NCBI GenBank assembly: GCA_963708185.1
Contig: OY970195.1
Coordinates: 736,001-800,000 of the forward strand
Origin: Candidatus Peregrinibacteria bacterium
GTDB taxonomy: Bacteria; Patescibacteriota; Gracilibacteria; UBA1369
DNA: 64,000 bases
Reading direction: 5' to 3'
In this document: positions 56,387 through 64,000 of the stretch, in pieces
Numbering within the stretch: the first letter of the stretch is position 1
Layout of the letters: each line of letters starts with the position of its first letter
Translations under genes and position numbers: made by a program
Notes under the pieces: generated by a model
The model's input: the letters and a program-made list of their open reading frames with translations, nothing else
Databases searched by the model: none
Told to the model about the DNA's origin: nothing

Positions 56387-58129
56387 TTAATGCGCAGCCG
56401 CAGGGCCGCGGGAATTGGCGTCCACTTTGTCGAGCTTCACGTTGGGAAGCATGAACGACACGAGGAATCCCATAAAGGCAAAGATCATGGCGTAGGTCAC
56501 CGAGGTTTTGTTGGCGTCGGTGATGGCCTGTTCGCCGATGTTGTGGATATCCTGCTGGATGGACTGCGGGAGTTTCATCTTGACCTGCGGCCCGCCGCCG
56601 AATTCGATAGTGGCGGTTTCTGCAGAGATGGTCTCTTCAAGATAGGGTTTGAGAATGTTGGGAATATGCTGGTTGTTCTGGATTCCTGTGGTGATGTTCG
56701 TTGCCAGGGCCGTAAGCATGGCGGCGCCAATAATGGCCGAACCGAAGGATGATCCGATCTGACGAAGAGTGCTGTTCACTCCGGAAGCTTCACCGGCTTC
56801 GCTTACCGGCACTGCCGAAAGCGAAAGGTTGCTGACCTGGGCCATAATGAGCCCCATGCCCATGCCGTAGATGGCAAGGCCGGGCGCGAAATTCCATGCG
56901 GTTGCGTCAACACTGAAGCTCTGCTGGAGTACGAACATGGCGACGATATCGAGCAGTAAACCGGCCTGCACCAACCGTTTCGGCGTCACTTTTTTACTGA
57001 TGAAGGCCGACAGCGGCGCGGCAATGAGCAGCGACAATGAAAGCGGTAACAGTGCGAGTCCGGTATTGAAAGCATCCAGACCGCGGACGGATTGGAGAAA
57101 CACCGGGATGGCAAAGATGATACCAGCCTGCCCGAGCGACATGATGGTCGTGGTGAGCATTCCCGAGCTGAATTGGCGGTTCTTGAAAATTTTCATGGAA
57201 ACGAGCGGTTTTTTCTTTCTGCTTTCAACGTAGAGTTCCCATCCTACGAACAATGCAAGGAAGAGAACGCCGAGGCCGATGGCGAACGGTGTGACTGAAA
57301 TGCCCCAGAAATCAAAGGTCTGGCCGAAAATACTGAAGGGCATGGTTGCCTTCCACCATCCGTAGGTCGCGGCTTCGATCACACCGAAGACCACGGAAAG
57401 CAGTCCAACGGAGGATAGTGCGACGCCGCCCCAGTCGAGGGAAGGTTTTTCCCTGGAAGCCTGGTCGTTTTTAATCAAGAACGATCCGAAGAGCAGGATG
57501 ATCGTAACAAAAACATTGGTGCGGAAGCCCCAGCGCCAGCTGAAGTTACTGGCCAAAAATCCTCCTAAAATCGGGCCGATGGCCGCGGCCCCGGCTGCGA
57601 CGCCGCCCCACACGCCAAAGGCGATGGCACGGTCACGACCGCTGAAGTTTGAAATGAGCAGGGAAGATGTCGCCGGCATCATGAGGGCGGCTCCGATCCC
57701 TTCGATCAAAGATTCTCCTATCAGGAGCATCGGGAAACTCGTGCTTATGGAAGCGACGAATGAACCTACGGCAAAGATGGCCGCTCCGAGCATGAACATT
57801 TTTTTCTTGCCGAAAATATCGCCGAGGCGCCCGCCGGTAACGGTGAGGGCGGCCAGGGTCAGCGAGTAGGCAGAAATGACCCACTGAAGGCTGATGATAT
57901 CGGTATTGAGGTCGCGAATGATATTGCCCAGCGACACATTGAGAAGGGTGGTATCAATCACGATAATGGCCAGCGCAAGGCTCATCACGAGCAGGCTCGC
58001 CCATTTGGCCAGGAAAGATTTTTTCCCGGTTTTCTCGAGGGAAACGGCCGGGGTTTGGAGCATATCCGCTGTTCCGTTGAAAATTTCTCCGGAATCCATC
58101 GTCGTTGCTGATTCGTTGATCTGTTGCAT
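56387..58129 (-). CDS. DHA2-family (EmrB/QacA) MFS efflux transporter
   Basis: DTTLLNVSL, WVISAY, GRLGDIFGKK, GPILGG, WRWGF; about 14 TMs. Confidence 0.92.
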   Translation of the reverse strand: MQQINESATTMDSGEIFNGTADMLQTPAVSLEKTGKKSFLAKWASLLVMSLALAIIVIDTTLLNVSLGNIIRDLNTDIISLQWVISAYSLTLAALTVTGGRLGDIFGKKKMFMLGAAIFAVGSFVASISTSFPMLLIGESLIEGIGAALMMPATSSLLISNFSGRDRAIAFGVWGGVAAGAAAIGPILGGFLASNFSWRWGFRTNVFVTIILLFGSFLIKNDQASREKPSLDWGGVALSSVGLLSVVFGVIEAATYGWWKATMPFSIFGQTFDFWGISVTPFAIGLGVLFLALFVGWELYVESRKKKPLVSMKIFKNRQFSSGMLTTTIMSLGQAGIIFAIPVFLQSVRGLDAFNTGLALLPLSLSLLIAAPLSAFISKKVTPKRLVQAGLLLDIVAMFVLQQSFSVDATAWNFAPGLAIYGMGMGLIMAQVSNLSLSAVPVSEAGEASGVNSTLRQIGSSFGSAIIGAAMLTALATNITTGIQNNQHIPNILKPYLEETISAETATIEFGGGPQVKMKLPQSIQQDIHNIGEQAITDANKTSVTYAMIFAFMGFLVSFMLPNVKLDKVDANSRGPAAAH

Positions 58130-58146
58130 GGTTTTAAAGTAATTAT

Positions 58147-58608
58147 TTATGAATGATTGGCGTGAGCTTCTTCGAGTTTTCCGATGATCTTCCTGTTGAT
58201 GGCGATCAAGGCCTCGAGTTCCCGGTCACTGAGGACAGAAAACGTTTCCATGATCTGTTCGGTATGTTCGTTCTTGAAAATATCGAACCGTTTTTTCCCG
58301 GTTTCCGAAAACGCGACGTGAACGATCCTGCGGTCTTTTTGATCCTGTTTTCTTTCCACGAAGCCGGTCATGACCATGCCTTCGATGATCTGCGTAGCCG
58401 CACTGCTGGTTATGCCCATTTTGGAGGCAATATCCTTCACAGTGAGTTCACGGCCGTGATGGAGCGCGTAGAGAATATGGACCTGTGAACGGCTCAATCC
58501 GTATTTCTGGAAAAGTCCGCCTTTCCTCGTTCCGATGGCCTTTTGTACGGCGATAAAGCCTTCGACCATCTGCTGGGTTTTCTGTTTGCGTGATGTTTTC
58601 ATGAGCAC
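58147..58608 (-). CDS. MarR family transcriptional regulator
   Basis: LSRSQ..IL, TVKDIA..MGIT, FVER..D.KDRR wing. Confidence 0.92.
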   Translation of the reverse strand: MLMKTSRKQKTQQMVEGFIAVQKAIGTRKGGLFQKYGLSRSQVHILYALHHGRELTVKDIASKMGITSSAATQIIEGMVMTGFVERKQDQKDRRIVHVAFSETGKKRFDIFKNEHTEQIMETFSVLSDRELEALIAINRKIIGKLEEAHANHS

Positions 58609-58623
58609 GTTTTGTAAAATATG

Positions 58624-58662
58624 TTAGAACCTAAATATATTAGTAACTAATCTATTTGTCAA
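58624..58662 (-). promoter_or_regulatory. marR-MFS promoter with two palindromic operator candidates
   Basis: TTGACA-N17-TATATT (minus); TTAG-N3-CTAA at 58624-58634 and 58640-58650. Confidence 0.65.
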
Positions 58663-58735
58663 GACGAAAAACACACCATTCCTCAAAATAACCGCCGAGC
58701 CTCGGGAAAGCGCCTTTTGCATGATGTCTGAAAAA

Positions 58736-59482
58736 CTAGATCTGAATTTTGGAAAAAAGATAGCTGCCGACGGCCACGATACCGAGGGCGATGAGCCCCA
58801 GCATGGCAGCATCCGTCCACATGCCGAAATGGGAACTTGCAATCAGAGCTCCGCGCAATCCGTCCACTCCGTAGGTCAGAGGATCGGCACTGGCAATGAC
58901 AGCAATCGGTTCGGGAAGGTTCTGGAGCGGGAACAGGGCGCCGGAGAGGAAAAACGTCGGCATGACGAGGAAATTCATGATCAACTGAAAACCCTGCATA
59001 TCTTCAAGCAGCGAGGCAATGGCAGTGCCGAGCGCGGTAAAAAGAACGGCGATAAGGAACATGAAGACGAGCGCGACCGGGATCATGGCGAGACTCACCG
59101 GCCTGAAACCGAAGATCGTCGCGAGAATGAGCACGATGCAGCCCTGGAGCATGGCAACGGTCGCGCCTCCGAGGGTTCTGCCGATCATGATATTAAAACG
59201 GGAGACCGGCGCCACGAGCGTCTCCTTCAAAAATCCGAACTGGCGGTCCCAGATAATTTCGATGCCCGTGAAGACCGCGGTAAAAAGGATACCCATGCAG
59301 ATGACGCCCGGTGCAAGAAACTGGAGATAGTCTCCCCCACCGGCTTTCTCGTAGATGGGGCCGAAGCCGAAGCCCAGCGCCACGAGGAACAAAATCGGCT
59401 GCCCCAGCGACCCGATCATGCGGGCCCTGGAACGGAAGTAGCGTTTGATCTGCCTCAGCCAAAGGATATAAATAGTGCTCAT
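58736..59482 (-). CDS. ABC-2 type permease (DrrB-like)
   Basis: QPILF, FLAPG, DRQFGFLKETLVAP, FLSGALFP, PLTYGVD. Confidence 0.92.
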   Translation of the reverse strand: MSTIYILWLRQIKRYFRSRARMIGSLGQPILFLVALGFGFGPIYEKAGGGDYLQFLAPGVICMGILFTAVFTGIEIIWDRQFGFLKETLVAPVSRFNIMIGRTLGGATVAMLQGCIVLILATIFGFRPVSLAMIPVALVFMFLIAVLFTALGTAIASLLEDMQGFQLIMNFLVMPTFFLSGALFPLQNLPEPIAVIASADPLTYGVDGLRGALIASSHFGMWTDAAMLGLIALGIVAVGSYLFSKIQI

Positions 59483-59510
59483 AGGTTCGGGTTATCTGTC
59501 GGGTGACGGT

Positions 59511-60305
59511 TTATCGTCTGTTGCCGTGAAACATTTTTCTGCGGTCGCGCATGCGATCGGTACCGCTGGCATCTTCATCGCGGATGTTTTTGCCCGTGAT
59601 CGATAAAAAGGCGTCTTCAAGAGAGGTCGTATTCGTCTTTTTCTTGAGTTCGCTGGAAAGTCCGGACACCATGATTTTTCCGTGGTCGATGATGGCGATC
59701 CTGTTGGCCGCACGGTCGGCTTCCTCCATGTAGTGCGTGGTGAAGAACACCGTCATTTTCTCTTTGGCGTTGAGATCCTTGATGTAGTTCCAGATATGGT
59801 TGCGCGTCTGGGGATCCAGCCCGAGGGTGGGTTCATCGAGAAAAAGAATTTTGGGGTGGTGGATCAATCCACGGGCTATTTCCAACCTGCGCTTCATGCC
59901 TCCGGAAAACTCTTTGACGAGGTGGTCTTTGCGTTCCCAGAGCTCCACAAATTTCATGAGATGTTCGATGCGCTGTTTGAGCAGCTTTTTGGGCACTCTG
60001 TAGAGGACGCCGTGGAACTGCATGTTTTCGTACGCCGTGAGTTCGTCGTCCAGACTGGGATCCTGAAAAACGATGCCGAAAGAATGACGGGCGGCATCCT
60101 GATCTTTGACCGGATCGACCCCGTTGATCTCGATCTTGCCTTCCGTCGGTTTGAGCAGGGTGGTGAGCATCTTGATGGTGGTCGTCTTTCCCGCGCCGTT
60201 CGGCCCAAGAAATGCAAAAATCTCCCCCTTGTCCACATTGAAGGTAATATGGTCCACGGCGGTAAAATCTTTGAATTTCTTCGTCAGTCCTTCAACATTG
60301 ATCAC
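59511..60305 (-). CDS. ABC transporter ATP-binding protein (DrrA-like)
   Basis: GPNGAGKT, FSGGMKRRLE, LDEPT, TTHYMEEA. Confidence 0.93.
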   Translation of the reverse strand: MINVEGLTKKFKDFTAVDHITFNVDKGEIFAFLGPNGAGKTTTIKMLTTLLKPTEGKIEINGVDPVKDQDAARHSFGIVFQDPSLDDELTAYENMQFHGVLYRVPKKLLKQRIEHLMKFVELWERKDHLVKEFSGGMKRRLEIARGLIHHPKILFLDEPTLGLDPQTRNHIWNYIKDLNAKEKMTVFFTTHYMEEADRAANRIAIIDHGKIMVSGLSSELKKKTNTTSLEDAFLSITGKNIRDEDASGTDRMRDRRKMFHGNRR

Positions 60306-60435
60306 GATTTTTCACAAAAAAGATTCGTTTGTGAGTATACCCTCCGGCTTTTCAAATGAAAAGGAACATGGCAATGAAAGTTTGCCATCTGTTTCATGGG
60401 ATGATATACACTTCAATTAAATATTACCGACCATC

Positions 60436-61278
60436 ATGATCAACGAATTTCGTCGCGCCAACATGGAGAACTCTTTCAACTTTGAAAGACACCTTCAGAC
60501 GCGGGAAGATGATATCATCTTCCGAGTATTCGCTGACGGTTTGCATCAGAATCTTTTTAAAACACGAAGGGCACTGCAGTCTCTGTTTGATTTCCTTGAA
60601 CTTATTCCCATGGGGAACAAAAAGATCGACAATGAAAAATTATCCGTGCCCTACAGAAATGAAAAAAGACAGCAGATCAATGATTTGGTTTCTTTCTTTA
60701 TCGGAGTTCAACGAGCTGTTTCGGCCGTTATCAAAGGGAGCTTTCTTTTAAGCGAAGTGGGAGCCGGACCGAGACCCACCGCCGAGGATATTCTCCAAAA
60801 CGCCGATGCAATGAACGAAGAAGCGAAAAAACTTGTGGTTTTTTGCCAATCACACGAAATCTCCCCTTTTGAACCTGATTTTTTACGCAGCGTGCTGACG
60901 ACCCTGGGACTTGAAGGCTTCAAGCAGCTTGTGGAAAACGAGGAATTTGCAGTCCTGCGCCAAAATCCCGATCTTTTCCGGCAGGCCATGATGCATCAGC
61001 AAGGCGATCCCGTCGCTTTTTTGATGAGTAAAGTGCGTTCTGTGAACGAAGGCATCGTTGAACTTGCCGCCGCGGGTGAATTCTGTGATCTTGAGCAGAC
61101 TAACCCGGGAATTTTCGCTTACGCAATCCTCCACTACAAAAATGCCAGAACTTCCCGCGGGAAACATTTCAGCAACGCCAAGGATTATCTTCTTTTTTTA
61201 AAGCAGGAAAAGGAAAAAGCAAAAGCGAAACTGAAGAAAAAAGGAAAACGGAAACGTTTTGAAAAAGAGGTGTATTGA
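60436..61278 (+). CDS. Hypothetical protein with basic C-terminus
   Basis: 280-aa ORF, no recognised motif. Confidence 0.6.
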   Translation: MINEFRRANMENSFNFERHLQTREDDIIFRVFADGLHQNLFKTRRALQSLFDFLELIPMGNKKIDNEKLSVPYRNEKRQQINDLVSFFIGVQRAVSAVIKGSFLLSEVGAGPRPTAEDILQNADAMNEEAKKLVVFCQSHEISPFEPDFLRSVLTTLGLEGFKQLVENEEFAVLRQNPDLFRQAMMHQQGDPVAFLMSKVRSVNEGIVELAAAGEFCDLEQTNPGIFAYAILHYKNARTSRGKHFSNAKDYLLFLKQEKEKAKAKLKKKGKRKRFEKEVY

Positions 61279-61296
61279 TTATGGTACACTGCGGCC

Positions 61297-62502
61297 ATGA
61301 AAATCCTCGGCATTGAAACATCCTGTGACGAAACATCCGCGGCCGTTGTGGAAGACGGCGTGCGGGTTTTGAGCAACGTGATTTTTTCGCAGATTCCACT
61401 GCATGCGCAAACCGGCGGCGTAGTTCCCGAGGTGGCCGCGCGTGAACACGTGGTGAACATCGTTCCGGTCATCGACGAGGCGGTCCGGGTTGCGGCAAAA
61501 AATTTACGGGTAAAAAAAAGCTGGCGAGGACGTGCGGGCGGACCTGAAAGAAATTTCACGCTTGAGGATATCGACGCCATTGCGGTGACCCAGGGGCCGG
61601 GGCTGTTGAGTTCGCTCGTCATCGGGACGACCGCGGCTTCGACGCTGGCCGCCGTGCTGGGAAAACCCCTCATCGGTGTGAACCACATTGCCGGGCATAT
61701 CTACGCCAACTGGCTGAATCCGGTGGGTGTGCTGGGAGATAAAAAAGGGCCAGGCGGCGGATTGATGAACGATCAAAAAGTTTGGCGCGACTTCAACCAT
61801 GTGGCATTTCCGTGCGTTGTTTTGACGGCGTCCGGCGGCCACAATGAACTGGTACTTATGAAAGGCCACGACCGTTTTGAGTTGATCGGCGAAACGCTGG
61901 ACGACGCCGCGGGCGAGGCTTTCGATAAAGTGGCCAGACTTTTAGGCATGGGATACCCCGGAGGTCCCCAGATCGCCCGTGCGGCGCATGCCGGAAACGC
62001 TTTACGCTACGCTTTTCCCAAAGCCTACATGGGAGAAAACAACTTTGACTTCAGTTTTTCCGGACTTAAAACTTCTATGCTTAATTTTATCCGTGAAGAA
62101 CACCGCGTGAACGGCGTGTTAAGCGAAGAGTTCATCGCCGACTGTGCCGCGTCCTTCCAGGAAGCGGTGTGCGGGGTTTTATCGGACAAACTCCTCCGGG
62201 CCTCCCAAAAATACAAAGCAAAAACTGTCATCATTTCCGGTGGAGTTTCCGCGAACCAGCGGCTTCGTTCGATGATCGAGGAAAAAATAAAGAAAGGTTA
62301 TTTTCATGATCCCAAAGGACGAAAAGTCGCTTTGAAGCACAAACCCGCGTTCGACTTTCCGGCTGACAACTCTTTCTGTACCGACAATGCCGCCATGATC
62401 GCGGGAGCGGCTTTTTTTCATATTCAAAGACTTGGCTTACAAAAATCTTCGGCTCCTCTTGTGCTCGGGGATCCTTCACTGCCACTTTATTCACGCCGCT
62501 GA
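61297..62502 (+). CDS. tsaD: tRNA N6-adenosine threonylcarbamoyltransferase
   Basis: GIETSCDET, GGVVPE.AAR.H, NHIAGH, SGGH, DDAAGEAFDK, FSFSGLK, CTDNAAMI. Confidence 0.97.
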   Translation: MKILGIETSCDETSAAVVEDGVRVLSNVIFSQIPLHAQTGGVVPEVAAREHVVNIVPVIDEAVRVAAKNLRVKKSWRGRAGGPERNFTLEDIDAIAVTQGPGLLSSLVIGTTAASTLAAVLGKPLIGVNHIAGHIYANWLNPVGVLGDKKGPGGGLMNDQKVWRDFNHVAFPCVVLTASGGHNELVLMKGHDRFELIGETLDDAAGEAFDKVARLLGMGYPGGPQIARAAHAGNALRYAFPKAYMGENNFDFSFSGLKTSMLNFIREEHRVNGVLSEEFIADCAASFQEAVCGVLSDKLLRASQKYKAKTVIISGGVSANQRLRSMIEEKIKKGYFHDPKGRKVALKHKPAFDFPADNSFCTDNAAMIAGAAFFHIQRLGLQKSSAPLVLGDPSLPLYSRR

Positions 62503-62596
62503 TTTTATTTTTTAAAGGAACGGAGCCGTTTTAGCCCTTGTATAAAGGGATTTTTATGCTATACTCCTTGGTGTTTCTCATCAATTTTTCATAACT

Positions 62597-63970
62597 ATGA
62601 ACAGCAAGAAACTGAACGTCGTTGACGATGAAGAAGAAGGCTCTTCCACGGGACCATTGGCTCCCCCATACCAGACACCGAAAGGGGTTCACGACATCCT
62701 TCCCAACGATCACAAGTATCACACCTTTATCAAGAAGTCGGTGCGACACCGCTGCCGTCAGGCCGGTTTCAAGCGCATCACGACTCCGATTTTCGAGTTC
62801 ACCGACGTGTTCACCCGCGGTATCGGCGCTTCAAGCGACATCGTGAGTAAGGAGATGTACACGTTCCAGGACCGCAAAGGTCGCAGTTTGACCCTGAAAC
62901 CGGAAGGTACCGCCGGCGTCGTCCGTTCGTACATCCAGAACGGCATGCAGCAGCTGCCCCAGCCGGTTGAACTTTACTATATCGAACCTCATTTCCGTTA
63001 CGACCGCCCTCAAAAAGGACGTTACCGCCAGTTCTGGCAGTTCGGCTTTGAATGTATCGGTGAAAGTGACGCGGCGTTGGACGCCCAGGTGATTCAACTC
63101 GCTTACACCATTCTCAACGATCTCGGCATAGCTCACCTTTTCAATTTACAGCTCAACAGCATCGGCTGCGAAATCTGCCGTCCCAACTACCTGAATGTTC
63201 TCAAGGATTTCTACTTCGGCAAAGAACGTTCGTTGTGCGCCGACTGCAAATACCGTCTTGAGCACAACCCTCTCCGCCTGCTGGATTGCAAAGAGGAAGA
63301 CTGTCAGATTTTGGCCCAGATAGCGCCGAAACTCGGCGACTATCTTTGCACCGAATGCAAGGAGTACGACAAGAACGTCAAAGAGTATCTTGAGGAAATG
63401 GGCATCAAGTTCCACCAGAACAACAGCCTGGTCCGCGGGCTGGATTACTACACCAAAACCGTCTTCGAATTCTGGGACAAGAATGATGGAGCCCAGAACG
63501 CCATCGGCGGCGGCGGCCGCTACGACGGCCTGATTGAACTGATGGGCGGAGCCAAAACACCGGCGTGCGGTTTTGCCGCCGGCATGGAACGCATCGTGGC
63601 CGCCATGAAGCGTGAAAAGATCCGCGTGCCTGAAAAAGACGATCTCCATGTTTTCGTGGCCCAGCTCGGAGACGAAGCCAAAAAGAAATGTCTTCCGTTG
63701 ATCTCAGAGCTTCGCGAAGCTGGCGTGCGCACGATGGGTGCGCTCGGCAAAGGCGCCATTAAAACCCAGATGCGTCTGGCCGACAAATTCAAGGTTCCTT
63801 ATACCCTGATCCTCGGACTGACCGAAGTCCGTGAAGGCACGATCATCATTCGTGACATGTCAGTGGGGACCCAGGTGACCGTACCTTTCGAAAATGCCGT
63901 TGAAGAGGTCATCAAACGCATCGGCAAAAAAAATCTTGATACGTATTCTCCCGGCGAAATAGTTTTTTAA
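62597..63970 (+). CDS. hisS: Histidine--tRNA ligase
   Basis: PKGVHD, KEMYTF, PEGTA, RYDRPQKGRYRQF, LVRGLDYY, GGGRYD. Confidence 0.97.
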   Translation: MNSKKLNVVDDEEEGSSTGPLAPPYQTPKGVHDILPNDHKYHTFIKKSVRHRCRQAGFKRITTPIFEFTDVFTRGIGASSDIVSKEMYTFQDRKGRSLTLKPEGTAGVVRSYIQNGMQQLPQPVELYYIEPHFRYDRPQKGRYRQFWQFGFECIGESDAALDAQVIQLAYTILNDLGIAHLFNLQLNSIGCEICRPNYLNVLKDFYFGKERSLCADCKYRLEHNPLRLLDCKEEDCQILAQIAPKLGDYLCTECKEYDKNVKEYLEEMGIKFHQNNSLVRGLDYYTKTVFEFWDKNDGAQNAIGGGGRYDGLIELMGGAKTPACGFAAGMERIVAAMKREKIRVPEKDDLHVFVAQLGDEAKKKCLPLISELREAGVRTMGALGKGAIKTQMRLADKFKVPYTLILGLTEVREGTIIIRDMSVGTQVTVPFENAVEEVIKRIGKKNLDTYSPGEIVF

Positions 63971-64000
63971 CGTTCGCTCATGAAGGAACACCCCAAGCAT

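Noticed and set aside
1-64000. Alternative genetic code 25 (UGA=Gly), suggested by the CPR-like content, two tRNA-Gly genes and one in-frame TGA
   Set aside because: TGA ends genes at their expected C-termini (e.g. rlmD, SpoIID fusion, grxD, tsaD), long ORFs are otherwise intact in code 11, and the anticodons are CCC and TCC
1-64000. CRISPR array, prophage, transposon, retron or DGR
   Set aside because: No regularly spaced repeats, integrase, transposase, reverse transcriptase or phage structural genes were recognised

Overview
A gene-dense, mostly core-genome bacterial chromosome segment read in the standard code (TGA is a normal stop). The gene repertoire (SLH-anchored proteins, a DUF5667 anti-sigma factor, Cys-rich pilin-like proteins, an amidase-SpoIID fusion, a Memo-like/CapA fusion, DipZ, few obvious Shine-Dalgarno sites) suggests a Patescibacteria/CPR organism, probably Peregrinibacteria-like; this is inference. 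It carries translation and RNA-processing genes (pnp, rpsO, leuS, hisS, rsmI, rsmE, rlmD, rlmH, tsaB, tsaD, CCA-type nucleotidyltransferase, rnhA), two tRNA-Gly genes, envelope genes (class A PBP, pilins, SLH proteins), redox/Fe-S genes (trxA, DipZ, Grx4-BolA, nadA), three efflux-type transporters, an ECF sigma/anti-sigma pair and an EndoQ + UvrD-like repair pair. I saw no CRISPR array, rRNA, transposase, integrase or prophage. Best leads: (i) a 35-aa histone-H1-like Lys/Ala microprotein, absent from the ORF track, with its own promoter, palindrome and terminator; (ii) C-terminal beta-clamp-type motifs on EndoQ, its adjacent helicase and RNase HI; (iii) an ECF promoter motif shared by the sigma gene and a distant secreted protein; (iv) four identically spaced, apparently leaderless promoters on RNA-acting enzymes; (v) three single-base reading-frame disruptions (leuS, MBL RNase, a lipoprotein) that are probably sequencing errors but need checking.
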